This document shows, piece by piece, positions 39,342 to 49,969 of a DNA stretch of 64,000 nucleotides. Position 1 is the first letter of the stretch; each line of letters starts with the position of its first letter. The notes beneath the pieces were generated by a model. It searched no databases and was not told the origin of the DNA. It saw nothing but the letters and a program-made list of their open reading frames with translations. Origin of the DNA: Candidatus Latescibacterota bacterium (GTDB lineage: Bacteria > Latescibacterota > UBA2968 > UBA8231). The stretch covers positions 3,360,001-3,424,000 of the forward strand of contig OZ220089.1 of the NCBI GenBank assembly GCA_964291625.2, written 5' to 3'. The position numbers and the translations under genes are program-made.

Positions 39342-39949
39342 CGTTCGATTCTCCTTGTTGCTTCCCCCCGCGACTCCCGGCAGGGATGAAGGTGGCGAAC
39401 GGGCGCTCGCGCCAACCAGGGCAGGAAACCGCGAACGGTTCTCTGGAAAACGATACTCCAAGGCCCGCCTCGGGGCAAGCAGAAAGAGGCCGCCCGGCCA
39501 TCGGCGAGACCGGCCGCGAAGAGTGTGCTCCGGGTTGCGGATTTCCCTCCGCAGGCCCTCCCGGGGATTGTCCGAAACCCGTGTCTCCCGGGCGGCCGCC
39601 AGGCGGCGGCCCGGGAGGTGAATCAGGGCCCAATCCCCGGAAGGCTGTCCCCGGACGGTTTGAGCGGCACGACCTGCCCCGCGGAGCGCATTGCCAGAGG
39701 CAGACCGCTCCCTGTTAATTCCCAGGCCGTAGAGCGGACGGGGGAGCCTCCGGCACGTAGGGATGCCCGCGCCCCCGGATCGCAGCAGCACCCCCCTCCT
39801 GGCGTGTCCTGATCTACTCCGGAGGACTTCCTCCTGCGCCCGAACCGTGCCGAGGTGAAGAGCTCGACCGCCTCCCCACCGAGCCCCGGCGGCTGTACGG
39901 CCGCCCTGGCGCGGAATCCCCGCGTGGGGCGCTGCACGGCAGGCCCCCG

Positions 39950-41911
39950 ATGACGGCGCCACCGCAGAGGGACCGCGGGCAGACGCGGGACCCTCGGGGG
40001 ATCCCGGTGCGGGGCCTCCTCATCGGGGCCGTGCTGTCCCTGGTGCTCAACGTCTGCGACACCTACGCGACGAACGCCATCCAGGGGTCGTACCTGACCC
40101 TCAACTTCAGCACCCCCGCCGCGCTCTTCTTCTTCTTCTTCCTCGTCCTGGCCAGCGGCGCCGTCGGCCTCCTGCACCGGTGGCTGGAGCTGAGTCGGTC
40201 CGAGCTGATCACGATCTACGTCATGCTGCTGGTGGCCTGCTGCATCCCCGGCATGGGCTTCACCCAGTTCATCATCCCCTGCCTCCTCGGGTCGACGTAC
40301 TACGCCACGCCGGAGAACAACTGGGAGGAGCTCTACAACCAGTACATCCCCGAGTGGATGATCCCCCGCGGGGAAGGCGTGGCCCGCTACTTCTTCGAGG
40401 GGCTGCCCGAGGGCGGCTCGATCCCGTGGGGCGCCTGGGTGGTGCCCCTGGGCCTGTGGTTCGGCTTCTTCCTGGCTCTCGGCTTCGCCATGATCTGCGC
40501 CATGGTCATCCTGCGCCGGCAGTGGGTCGACAACGAGCGGCTCACCTACGCGCTGGTGCAGGTGCCGATGGAGATGATCCAGGGGGAGGAAGGCGGCGCC
40601 GTGGGCCGCTCGTTCTTCACCAACAAGACGATGTGGCTGGGCTTCGCCGTCTCCTTCCTGCTGCTGAGCGTCATCGGCCTGAACACCTACTTTCCGGAGT
40701 TCCCCCGCTTCGAGCGCACCGTGGGCCTGCCCCTGTTCGGCAACACCGGGCTCAGCTTCTGGTTCAGCCCGCCGTGGACGGGGTTCTTCTACTTCGTCAG
40801 CCTCGACATCTCGGCCTCGATCTGGGTCTTCTACCTCCTCGTCCGGCTGCAGCGGGGCGTCTTCAACGTCCTCGGCGTGCACAGCACGCAGCGGATCGAC
40901 TTCTACTCCGAGGACCCCTTCCTCGCCCACCAGGGCCTCGGGGCGATGATCGTCTTCGTCCTCGTCGGTCTGTGGGTGGCGCGGCGGCACCTGCGCCAGG
41001 TGGTGGCCAAGGCCGTCCGCGGTTCGCGGGATGTCGACGACAGCGGCGAGATCCTCACCTACCGGCAGGCCTTCTTCGGGTTGATCGCCGGCCTTCTGAT
41101 CGTCGCCGTCTGGCTGTCGGCGATCGGCCTTCCCTTCGCGGTGGCCCTGCTCTTCGTCTTCGGCGCCATGGTCCTGTTCATGGCCCTGACGCGGGTCGTG
41201 GCCGAGGGCGGCATCCCGGCCATGCGTCCCCCCCTGATGACCTCGACCTTCGTGATCTCCACGGTGGGCACCTCGGCCATCGGCGCCCAGGGCCTGGTGG
41301 CCCTCGGCTTCTCCTACGGCTGGCACTCCGAGATCCGCTCCTTCGTCATGTCCTCGGTCGCCAACGGCCTCAAGATGAGCGAGATGATCCGCGGACCGAA
41401 GCGCCGCCTGTTCTGGGCCATCGTCATCGCCATCCTCGTCAGTCTGGCGGGTTCCTCCTATATCACGCTGGTCATGGCCTACGAGCACGGCGGCATCAAC
41501 CTCAACCCCCTGTTCTTCTCATGGCAGTCGACCCACTTCGGGCCCATGGACATGACGCCGCGCATCGCCGGCGCGCCCGAAGGCCCGCGCTGGGACGCCG
41601 TGCAGTTCATGCTCATCGGGGGAGGGGTGATGTCGGCGCTCATGTGGGCTCGCCACCAGTTCGTGTGGTGGCCGCTGAACCCCCTCGGGTTCACGATCGC
41701 CGCCAACTGGAAGACGGGCCACATCTTCTGCAGCGCCCTGATCGCCTGGTGCCTGAAGTACCTGATCCTGCGCTACGGCGGCGTGCGCCTCTACCGCAGC
41801 CTGCGGCCCTTCTTCCTGGGCCTGATCCTGGGCGAGATCGTCGGCGCCGGGGTGTTCCTGGTGATCGACTACCTCACCGGCACCACGGGCAGCTTCCTCA
41901 CGCAGATCTGA
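39950..41911 (+). CDS. DUF6785/DUF6784-like polytopic membrane protein (putative transporter), copy 1
   Basis: Many TM helices; ELITIYVM, LRRQWVDNERLTY, WWPLNPLG and LRYGG..LYR..RPFFLGLILGE motifs. Confidence 0.75.
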   Translation: MTAPPQRDRGQTRDPRGIPVRGLLIGAVLSLVLNVCDTYATNAIQGSYLTLNFSTPAALFFFFFLVLASGAVGLLHRWLELSRSELITIYVMLLVACCIPGMGFTQFIIPCLLGSTYYATPENNWEELYNQYIPEWMIPRGEGVARYFFEGLPEGGSIPWGAWVVPLGLWFGFFLALGFAMICAMVILRRQWVDNERLTYALVQVPMEMIQGEEGGAVGRSFFTNKTMWLGFAVSFLLLSVIGLNTYFPEFPRFERTVGLPLFGNTGLSFWFSPPWTGFFYFVSLDISASIWVFYLLVRLQRGVFNVLGVHSTQRIDFYSEDPFLAHQGLGAMIVFVLVGLWVARRHLRQVVAKAVRGSRDVDDSGEILTYRQAFFGLIAGLLIVAVWLSAIGLPFAVALLFVFGAMVLFMALTRVVAEGGIPAMRPPLMTSTFVISTVGTSAIGAQGLVALGFSYGWHSEIRSFVMSSVANGLKMSEMIRGPKRRLFWAIVIAILVSLAGSSYITLVMAYEHGGINLNPLFFSWQSTHFGPMDMTPRIAGAPEGPRWDAVQFMLIGGGVMSALMWARHQFVWWPLNPLGFTIAANWKTGHIFCSALIAWCLKYLILRYGGVRLYRSLRPFFLGLILGEIVGAGVFLVIDYLTGTTGSFLTQI

Positions 41912-42011
41912 AGGGCCGGCCAGCGCAGGACGAGCGGGCTTGTTGCCCGGGGGGACAGGGAGGATTTCGTTAGCGCCGGCGCAGAGCCCCGAACACGGAA
42001 AGGGAACCGGA

Positions 42012-43469
42012 ATGGCCAAGAGGAAAGCGAAGGCGAAGGCGGTACCGAAGAGGAGGGCGGCAGCCGGCACAGCCCCGGCCGGCGTCATCGAGCTGGGCGG
42101 CAGGCGCGAGTTGTTCGTCGACGACTACCTGATCGAGCGGCTCTCCAACGTCGAGCTGCGCCTGCAGAAGCCGGTGCCGCGGAACGTGGCCCTCGACCAC
42201 GATGTGCCGTGGGAGGGCAACACCAGCGCCTACCACACGGTCTTCCAGGACGGCCGCCTGTTCCGCGCCTACTACCGGGGCTCTCACTACGACCCGGGCG
42301 GCTACAAACCGGTCGTGTGCTACGCCGAGAGCCGCGACGGCATCGAGTGGTACCGGCCGGAGCTGGGCCTGGTGAGCTACAAGGGCTCGACGCGCAACAA
42401 CATCATCTGGGACGGCCCCGGCTCGCTCGACTTCACGCCCTTCCGCGACACCAATCCGGACTGCCGCGAGGGAGAGGAGTACAAGGCCCTGGGCAGCCCG
42501 AGCGCGCGCAACCATGAAGAGCAGGCGCTCCTCGCCTTCAAATCGCCGGACGGCGTGCACTGGAGCCTGCTGTCGGAAGAGCCGGTGATGGATCACACGG
42601 CGGGCACCAATGTATTCGACTCGCAGAACCTGGCCTTCTACGAGCCTCGCCGCGGCTGCTACGTCGAGTACCACCGCGACTCCATCTACCCCGGCGGCGT
42701 GCGCTACCGCCAGATCATGACCTGCACCTCCACCGACTTCCGGAGCTGGACGAAGCCGCAGTTGCTCGACTATGGAGACGCACCCCTCGAGCACCTCTAC
42801 ACCAACGCCGTGACGCCCTACTACCGGGCCCCGCACATCTACATGGGCTTCCCCAAGCGTTTCATGCCGGACCGCCGCATGCCCGGCAACACGGTCGCCG
42901 GCGTATCGGACGGCCTGTACATGACCAGCCGCGACGGCCTCCACTTCAAGCGCTGGGGAGAGGCCTTCGTGCCGCCCGGGCCGCAGCGCAGGCGTTGGGG
43001 GAGCCGCAACAACATGACGGCCTGGGGTATTCTGGAGACGGCCAGCGACCTTCCCACGGCGCCCAGGGAGCTGTCGATCTTCAGCGGCGAGGGATTCTTC
43101 GGCGGCGAGGCCACCCGGCTGCGGCGCTACACCCTGCGCCTGGACGGCTTCGTCTCGGCCAACGCGCCGCTGAAGGGGGGCGAGCTGATCACCCGGCCCT
43201 TCACCTTCGAGGGTGGGGCCCTGAGTCTGAACGCGGCCACGTCCGCCGCCGGCTCGGTGCGCGTCGAGCTCCAGGACGGCGACGGCAAGACGCTGAAGGG
43301 GTACGCCCTCCGCGACTGCGACGAGATCTACGGCGACTACCTGGACCACAAGGTCACCTGGAAGGGCCTGGCCGACGTCAGCGGCCTGGCGGGGCAACCG
43401 GTGCGCCTGCGCTTCGCCCTCAGCGACGCCGACCTGTACAGCCTGCAGTTCACGCCCCGGCCCGTCTGA
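42012..43469 (+). CDS. GH32/GH43-like beta-propeller protein
   Basis: RELFVDD, YAESRDG, SPDGVHW, FDSQN, SRDG, LRLDGF and ADLYS motifs; ATG 42012. Confidence 0.7.
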   Translation: MAKRKAKAKAVPKRRAAAGTAPAGVIELGGRRELFVDDYLIERLSNVELRLQKPVPRNVALDHDVPWEGNTSAYHTVFQDGRLFRAYYRGSHYDPGGYKPVVCYAESRDGIEWYRPELGLVSYKGSTRNNIIWDGPGSLDFTPFRDTNPDCREGEEYKALGSPSARNHEEQALLAFKSPDGVHWSLLSEEPVMDHTAGTNVFDSQNLAFYEPRRGCYVEYHRDSIYPGGVRYRQIMTCTSTDFRSWTKPQLLDYGDAPLEHLYTNAVTPYYRAPHIYMGFPKRFMPDRRMPGNTVAGVSDGLYMTSRDGLHFKRWGEAFVPPGPQRRRWGSRNNMTAWGILETASDLPTAPRELSIFSGEGFFGGEATRLRRYTLRLDGFVSANAPLKGGELITRPFTFEGGALSLNAATSAAGSVRVELQDGDGKTLKGYALRDCDEIYGDYLDHKVTWKGLADVSGLAGQPVRLRFALSDADLYSLQFTPRPV

Positions 43470-43588
43470 GATCCGATGCATCCACGCGGCGGCCTGCGGA
43501 TCTTCTGCGACGACGCCATGCTGCTTGACGCCTCCCGAAGGGGCTAGCTACCGTAACGGCGGTTTCCGTCCGTGGAGGAGGCGAATCC

Positions 43589-45538
43589 ATGCGCTCCTGC
43601 CTGCTCTCCTGCCTCGTCGCCGGCCTGCTCGCCCACGGCGCCTCGGGTGCAACCCTCATCCGGATCGGCCAGCCCCATACCGCGGCCGAGCGGGACAGCC
43701 TCGACCGGTTGGGCGTCGAGGTTCTCCACGTCCCCTGGCTGTCGGCGCACGTGCAGGACCAGATCGACCAGGACTCCCTGCAAGCCGATATGCTGGTGCC
43801 GAAGTTCCTCCCCGACGACGAGGATCTCGCCGCCGGACTGCTGGACCGGGGCGGCCGGGTCTGGGTCGACCACAACATCGGGGTAGGCGGCGAGAACACC
43901 CTCGTCGGGCAGGTGCTCATCGATCAGGACCCCACCACCGAATACGTGTGGGCCGAGATCGAGGCGGACCGGTTCGGGTTGAGGGGCTGGTGGGGCAAGG
44001 TCACCTTCGATCTCGGCGGACGGTTCCTGATCAAGGAGGTGCGGTTCCGGCCCGTCGAGGGCCGCACCGACCACTACCTGGATACCTTCGCCCTCGGTGT
44101 CAGCGACCTGGTCTTCAACACCTACCGGATCCCGTGGTTCAACCGCGAGCGGTGCGGGCCTCCCTGCGGCGAGCGCGAGGTGGCCTCCGTCAAGGAGAAC
44201 TCCGAGCACGACATGCGCATCGTGCTGGACCCGCCGGTGACGACCGAGGCGATCCAGCTCCTCGTCACACGCACCTCGCCGAGGGAGCTCGGACTGGCCG
44301 ACTTCGAGGTCTACGGCGGCGGCTACGTGACCGAGGCCGCGTACGAGTCGGAGGTCGTGGAGCTGCCGGACATCGCGAGCTGGGGGGAGATCCGCTGGTC
44401 GGGCCGTCAGGATCCACGCGCCCGCGTCCAGATCCGTTCGCGTCTGGGCAGCGACCGCCACCCGGAGATCTACTGGGAGTACCGTCCCGACCTGCTCGAC
44501 AGGGTCGAGTACCTCGACGGCGGAGGCGAGCTCAGCGTGACGGAGTACAAGGCGCAGTACGACAAGCTCGCGGGCCACTTCAAGCCCCAGGACGAGGAGG
44601 ACCGGGTGAGCTCCGACATCCAGAACTGGAGCTTCTGGTCCCGCATCTACTCCTTCGATGAGCCCGGGGTCGAGATCGTCTCTTCCGGTCCCCGCCAGTA
44701 CTTCCAGGTCCGCGTCGACTTCTCCTCGAGCACGGTGGAGGACGGCGGCCGCATCGACTACATCGAGGCCATGGCGTCGAAACCGATGGCGCGCGAGCTG
44801 GTGGCCGAGATCTTCCCGGTGACGACCCGGGTCGGCGAGGTGACGCGGTTCACCTACTACGTGAAGCCCACGATCCGCGGCGGCGACGGCGGCTTCGACG
44901 GACTGGAGATCTCGACGCCCTTCACCGTCGTCTCGGTCGACTCGCTGCGCATCGACGCGGTGGACGAGCCCTTGACCTGGACCCGCACCGAGGAGGGCTT
45001 CGAGGTCCTTCTGCCGCGGCGGCTGGGGACGACGGACAGCGGGGCCCTCCTCGAGGTCGTCTTCACGGCCCCGGTCCTGCGCGAGGTGAGCACTCCTTTC
45101 GCCGGCCGCGTCTTCGACACCGAGAGGCCCCTGGAGGTGCGCCAGCAGGTCAGTCCCGGCGACGCCATCGCCGAAATCGACAGCGATCAGCTCACCGTGC
45201 AGGCCCCCCTGAGCGCCTCGCTCCTGTTCTCGCCGCGCTTCGAGCCGAATCCGTTCACGCCCAATGGCGACGGGGTCAACGATGTCGTGCACATCTCCTA
45301 CAAGCTGCTGCGCCTGACCGCCGCCGTCCCCCTCTCGATCATGATCCACGATCTCTCGGGCCGCCTCGTGAAGCGGCTCTACTCGGGAGACGATTCCCTG
45401 GGCGAGTACGACCGTCCGTGGGATGGCCGGGACGAGGCGAACCAGCTCGTTCCCCCCGGCCTGTACCTCTGCCGGATCGAGGCCGACGCGGGGTCGAAGC
45501 GGGAGACGAGCATCGGCCTCGTCTCCGTAGCCTACTGA
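43589..45538 (+). CDS. Secreted protein with discoidin-like domain and C-terminal FlgD-Ig/CTD domain (paralog 1)
   Basis: Signal peptide; PNPFTPNGDGVND...DLSGRLVK...WDGRD...PPGLY; ends VSVAY. Confidence 0.8.
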   Translation: MRSCLLSCLVAGLLAHGASGATLIRIGQPHTAAERDSLDRLGVEVLHVPWLSAHVQDQIDQDSLQADMLVPKFLPDDEDLAAGLLDRGGRVWVDHNIGVGGENTLVGQVLIDQDPTTEYVWAEIEADRFGLRGWWGKVTFDLGGRFLIKEVRFRPVEGRTDHYLDTFALGVSDLVFNTYRIPWFNRERCGPPCGEREVASVKENSEHDMRIVLDPPVTTEAIQLLVTRTSPRELGLADFEVYGGGYVTEAAYESEVVELPDIASWGEIRWSGRQDPRARVQIRSRLGSDRHPEIYWEYRPDLLDRVEYLDGGGELSVTEYKAQYDKLAGHFKPQDEEDRVSSDIQNWSFWSRIYSFDEPGVEIVSSGPRQYFQVRVDFSSSTVEDGGRIDYIEAMASKPMARELVAEIFPVTTRVGEVTRFTYYVKPTIRGGDGGFDGLEISTPFTVVSVDSLRIDAVDEPLTWTRTEEGFEVLLPRRLGTTDSGALLEVVFTAPVLREVSTPFAGRVFDTERPLEVRQQVSPGDAIAEIDSDQLTVQAPLSASLLFSPRFEPNPFTPNGDGVNDVVHISYKLLRLTAAVPLSIMIHDLSGRLVKRLYSGDDSLGEYDRPWDGRDEANQLVPPGLYLCRIEADAGSKRETSIGLVSVAY

Positions 45539-45539
45539 C

Positions 45540-48221
45540 ATGAGCGCGCCCCGAGTGCCGCCGCGTGTCCCGCGTCCGCCTTCGGTCCTGGCGGCGGTCC
45601 TGGTCCTGGCATTCTCCACGCCCGGAGGGGGACAGCAGGGCTACAGCCGCGAAGCGAACCGCGTGGTCATCGACACGCCCACCCAGTGGCAGGAGTGGCA
45701 GTCGGCCACGGCGGAGATCAGCGAATCCGGCGTGCGCCCCGGCTACATCCGCCGGAGCACCCGCCTGGAGGTCGACGGCGAGACGGTCGTCGTGCCCGGC
45801 GTCAACGCCTCCCTCGACGCGGCCGCCTTCGGCGGCGGTGTGAGGGCCGCGGGCTCGGGCGCGGCGAGCGCCGGCGCGCTGATGGACGGCCGCCTGGACA
45901 CCTGGTGGGAGCCGGACCCGGACGATCCCGTGCGCGACTGGTGGGTGCAGCTCGACCTGGGCCGGACCGTGTCGGCCACCCGGATCGTCCTCAAGTTCGT
46001 CGACGCGGATCTGGGCGATCCCTTCCTCCACTTCAAGGTCACCACCTCCCAGGGGGAGCTCAATCTCGGCCTGCCGATCTACCGGACGCGCTACACGACC
46101 AACACGCCGGTGAAGGGCCAGCGGGTCTTCGAGATCGACCTGCGGACGCAGTCGCCGACGAAGTGGCCCGTCGTGTACGGCGACTTCACGGGGGACGTGA
46201 TCAACCTCGTCGGCATCCAGGCCACCGACAGCGACTTCGGCAAGGCCCGCCAGGTCTCCGAGGCCGTCTGGGAGAGCCTGCCGCCCGACCAGCAGGGGGA
46301 CGTGGAGTACTACCGGCTCGACGCCCGCGGCCGGGAGCGGCTCCTGGGCGGCAAGGAGGACTGGGACTCCCTGGAGGGCACCGGCCGCCAGGGGCCGGTG
46401 GTCCACTACCGCCGCGAGCGTCCCCGGCTGGCCGAGGTCGAGGTGTGGTCCATCGGCGACAACATCGGCACCGGGGTGCTGGAGCGGGGGGGGACTCTGA
46501 CCAGCGTCGACGACACCGGGGCCGAGCCCGCCGTCGTGGACGGACACTTCTTCGGCGAGCAGGCCCACTGGAGCGCCCTCGGCGGCTTCAACCCCGACCA
46601 GGCCTCGGTATTCCAGTCGCAGGACCTGGAGCGCCAGCTCCTCATCGATCTGGGGGGCGCCTTCTTTCTCGACCACATCCGGGTCCTGCAGCGGAACCAG
46701 GGGTTCGGCCATGTCCTCGGCTTCCCCCAGTACCGGATCGAGCTCTCCGACGGCTCGCGGGTCGCCGGCGGCAGCCTCGCGTGGAAGACGGTGGGGTCGG
46801 CGGGCAATCTCGACAACAGCCACGAACCGACGAGCCAGACGTACAACGGCTTCGATTTCCCCCTCACCAAGGCGAAGTACTTCGCCTTCACCTACCCCCT
46901 CTTCGCCAAGCCGGCCGACTCGGGCACGCTCTCCTTCGGCCTGTCGGAGATCCAGTTCTTCGGGGAGGGCTACATGCCCGAGGTGGAGATCACCTCCGTC
47001 TTCGACGGGGATCTCCCCTTCATCGAGCTCGGCAGCCGCGCCCGGAACCTGACCACCGTCGAGTGGGACGCCGACCTGCCGCCGGGGACCGGACTCGTGC
47101 TGCAGACGCGCACCGGCGACACCGTCCTGGAGTCGACCCACTACCTGAAGAAGAGCGGCGAGCCGTACCCGGGGACCCTGGAGGAGGCGAAGAACAAGTG
47201 GGAGGAGGACAAGAAGTTCTTCGGCGACGCCGCCGTCGGGCCCATCGTCACCGAGAAGCTCCCCGGTCCCGACTGGAGCGGCTGGAGCCAGCCCTACGAG
47301 CGGTCCGGCGACCGGATCACCTCGCCCAGCCCGCGGCGCTACGTCGCCATCCGCGCCATCCTCCTCACCGATGAGCCTCGCGCGGCCCCCACCCTGCGCT
47401 CGGTGGCGCTGAACTTCGCGCGCCCCGTGGCCAGGAGCCTGGTGGCCGAGGTCCTGCCCGCCCGCCTGGAGGAGATCGGCAGCCGGCAGGCGTTCTCCTA
47501 CATCCTGCGCTCGACCTTCGAGGGCGACAGCCGGGGCTTCGACGAGATCCTCCTCGAGGGCCCTCCGGGGCTGGAGATGGACCTCGACCGGGTGGTCGTC
47601 GAGGCCGGCGAGGAGCCGGCCCTCGCCTGGGAGGCCGCCGACGAGCGGCTCGAGGTGCTGAGGGACGGCTCCGACTCCCTGTGGGTCCGCCTGCCGGCGC
47701 CGGTCGAGGCCGGAGCCGGGGAGGCGCGGGTGGAGCTGCACTTCGAGTGCGTCCCCTACACCTACAACAGCTACTTCATCGGTTCCGTCGGGCACTCGGG
47801 CTTCGCCGGTTCCTGGCAGGGGGTCGAGGACGGCGACGCCAACGGCGTCACCGACAGCGAGACGACGATCGTCCTGGCCCTGCAGCGCGGCGACGTGCTG
47901 GGAGCGGTGGAGATCTCCAGCCCGGTGGTCACCCCCAACGGCGACGGCGCCAACGACGAGCTGGGGGCCCGCTTCACCCTGATGCGCATCAGCGCGCCGG
48001 CGCCGGCCGCGGTGGAGGTCTACGACCTGGGCGGCCGGCTGGTGAAGAGGCTGTGGGACGGGCCCCTCGCGGCGGGAGGCCACAGCGTCGCCTGGTCGGG
48101 CGTCGACGCCTCCGGGGCCTTCGTGCCGCCGGGGATCTACCTGTTGCGGATCGCCGTCGATCTCGACTCCGGTTCCGGCGGCAGCACCCGGGCCCACCGG
48201 CTCGTGCATGTCGCCTACTGA
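45540..48221 (+). CDS. Secreted protein with two discoidin-like domains and C-terminal FlgD-Ig/CTD domain (paralog 2)
   Basis: VTPNGDGAND...YDLGGRLVK...WSGVD...PPGIY; ends VHVAY. Confidence 0.8.
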   Translation: MSAPRVPPRVPRPPSVLAAVLVLAFSTPGGGQQGYSREANRVVIDTPTQWQEWQSATAEISESGVRPGYIRRSTRLEVDGETVVVPGVNASLDAAAFGGGVRAAGSGAASAGALMDGRLDTWWEPDPDDPVRDWWVQLDLGRTVSATRIVLKFVDADLGDPFLHFKVTTSQGELNLGLPIYRTRYTTNTPVKGQRVFEIDLRTQSPTKWPVVYGDFTGDVINLVGIQATDSDFGKARQVSEAVWESLPPDQQGDVEYYRLDARGRERLLGGKEDWDSLEGTGRQGPVVHYRRERPRLAEVEVWSIGDNIGTGVLERGGTLTSVDDTGAEPAVVDGHFFGEQAHWSALGGFNPDQASVFQSQDLERQLLIDLGGAFFLDHIRVLQRNQGFGHVLGFPQYRIELSDGSRVAGGSLAWKTVGSAGNLDNSHEPTSQTYNGFDFPLTKAKYFAFTYPLFAKPADSGTLSFGLSEIQFFGEGYMPEVEITSVFDGDLPFIELGSRARNLTTVEWDADLPPGTGLVLQTRTGDTVLESTHYLKKSGEPYPGTLEEAKNKWEEDKKFFGDAAVGPIVTEKLPGPDWSGWSQPYERSGDRITSPSPRRYVAIRAILLTDEPRAAPTLRSVALNFARPVARSLVAEVLPARLEEIGSRQAFSYILRSTFEGDSRGFDEILLEGPPGLEMDLDRVVVEAGEEPALAWEAADERLEVLRDGSDSLWVRLPAPVEAGAGEARVELHFECVPYTYNSYFIGSVGHSGFAGSWQGVEDGDANGVTDSETTIVLALQRGDVLGAVEISSPVVTPNGDGANDELGARFTLMRISAPAPAAVEVYDLGGRLVKRLWDGPLAAGGHSVAWSGVDASGAFVPPGIYLLRIAVDLDSGSGGSTRAHRLVHVAY

Positions 48222-49953
48222 CCGCGCCCGCATGGCGGCTCGGGCGGCATCGCTTCCGGCGGCCGTCGCGGCGGCCCTCGCCTTCGGGACCGCCGCGGGC
48301 CCCGCCGCCGCCGAGCTTGTCGTCGTCGGCGGCAGCGGCCCGGGCTCCCGCCCATGGGGCGAGAGCCAGTCGGTGGTCTCCGTCATCGACTTCGACACGC
48401 GTCCCGGCTTCATCCTGCCGGCCCGCAACGGTCCCGAGGACAACATCGCCCTGAGGCTGCTGCAGCGCGGCGGTCGGATCACCTCGCCGAATGCGCGGGT
48501 GGTCCTCGAGACATCGCAGAGCGCCGTGGACGAGCTGCTGAGCAAGATGGTGGACGGCGGCGGCGAGGCCTTCGTCATCCCCGGGGCGCAGACGAGGGGG
48601 ATCATCTTCCGCGTCGACCTGGGGGAGCGGTTCGGCGTCAACCGGGTCCGGTTCTACCCGCGGCCCGGCTTCGAGGAGGCGTACCTGCGGGGCTACCGGC
48701 TGTCGCTCAACGACGGCAGCGAGGCCCAGACGACGATCTCGGGTGAGCCGAAGATGAGGGTCTTCAAGTCGGACGACCGCAACACGGACCCCGTCGTCGA
48801 CATCCCCATCCCGCTGCAGTACGTGCGCTACATGGAGATTCAGCAGCTGGTGAGGGGGGCGTGGGAGATCGACGAGTTCGAAGTCTTCGGCGAGGGCTTC
48901 CCTTCCGCGGCGTCCTACCTGTCCCGGGTCTTCGACCAGGGACAGGCAGCCGTCTTCGGCAGCCTCTGGTGGTCGGAGGAGGCCATCGGTGAGCCGGCCA
49001 AGGTGAAGGCCACCCTGCGGACGCGCAGCGGCACGACGCCGGAGACCGGCGACAGCCTCGCCTGGAGCGGCTGGTCGCCTCCCTACCCGTCGGGGGCGTC
49101 CGCCGCCGTCGCCTCCCCGGCTCCCCGGAGATACTGGCAGTTCCACGTCCAGCTCGAGAGCACGGAGATCCTCTCGGCGGCGCTGGTCGACTCCATCGCC
49201 GTCGAGGTCTCTCCCGCCCTGGCCGATTCCCTGGTGGCGGAGGTGTGGCCCCGGGAGGCCGTCATCGGCCAGCCGACGGAGCTCACCTACTGGGTGCGCA
49301 GCTACAACAGCCGCGGCTTCGACCGGCTCGACATCGACACCCAGGCGCCGGTGGAGGTCATCCGGTCGGTGCAGATCGACGGCGGCGACGTGGCGTGGGA
49401 GAAGGCCGACATCGAGGGCGGGGTCCGGGTCGGATTCCCGAGGGTCACGGGCGACCGGGTGCTGCGAGTCGTCTTCGAGAGCATCGCCCTGCGCTACAAG
49501 ACCGTCTTCAGCGGCAGGGCCTCGGACAGCGAGAGGCCGGGGGACCTGCCCCAGGAACTGGCGGCGGGAGAGACGGGCGCCGATGCCGACGCCGCGGGCG
49601 GCGGGCTGTCGGTCACCACCCGCTTCGCCGGCGACCTCGTCCACGCCGTCGAGGTCGATCCGGCGCCGTTCTCGCCCAATGGCGACGGTCTCAACGACGA
49701 GGCCACCATCACCTGGGACCTGACCAATCTGACGAGCCGCGTCCCCGTCTCGGCGGCGGTCTACGATCTGGCGGGACGGCGGCGGAAGCGGGTCTACTCC
49801 GGCCTCGACGGCAGCGGGCGCTACGACAGGGCCTGGGACGGGACCGACGACGCCGGAGAGAGGCTGCCGCCGGGGCTGTACGTGGTGCGCGTGGAGATCG
49901 AAGCGGACACGGGGACCGAGAGCCGGACGGCGATCGTGTCCGTCGTGTACTGA
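48208..49953 (+). CDS. Secreted protein with discoidin-like domain and C-terminal FlgD-Ig/CTD domain (paralog 3)
   Basis: PFSPNGDGLND...YDLAGR...WDGTD...PPGLY; ends VSVVY; start could be 48232. Confidence 0.8.
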   Translation: MSPTDRARMAARAASLPAAVAAALAFGTAAGPAAAELVVVGGSGPGSRPWGESQSVVSVIDFDTRPGFILPARNGPEDNIALRLLQRGGRITSPNARVVLETSQSAVDELLSKMVDGGGEAFVIPGAQTRGIIFRVDLGERFGVNRVRFYPRPGFEEAYLRGYRLSLNDGSEAQTTISGEPKMRVFKSDDRNTDPVVDIPIPLQYVRYMEIQQLVRGAWEIDEFEVFGEGFPSAASYLSRVFDQGQAAVFGSLWWSEEAIGEPAKVKATLRTRSGTTPETGDSLAWSGWSPPYPSGASAAVASPAPRRYWQFHVQLESTEILSAALVDSIAVEVSPALADSLVAEVWPREAVIGQPTELTYWVRSYNSRGFDRLDIDTQAPVEVIRSVQIDGGDVAWEKADIEGGVRVGFPRVTGDRVLRVVFESIALRYKTVFSGRASDSERPGDLPQELAAGETGADADAAGGGLSVTTRFAGDLVHAVEVDPAPFSPNGDGLNDEATITWDLTNLTSRVPVSAAVYDLAGRRRKRVYSGLDGSGRYDRAWDGTDDAGERLPPGLYVVRVEIEADTGTESRTAIVSVVY

Positions 49954-49969
49954 AGGGGGAATCGCAAGG

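Noticed and set aside
40126-40141. (TTC)5 tract in both membrane paralogs as a phase-variable repeat
   Set aside because: Trinucleotide, in frame, encodes FFFFF within a TM helix and is identical in both copies
43589-49953. Flagellar hook-cap (flgD) genes
   Set aside because: Only the C-terminal Ig-like domain matches; the proteins have signal peptides and there are no flagellar neighbours
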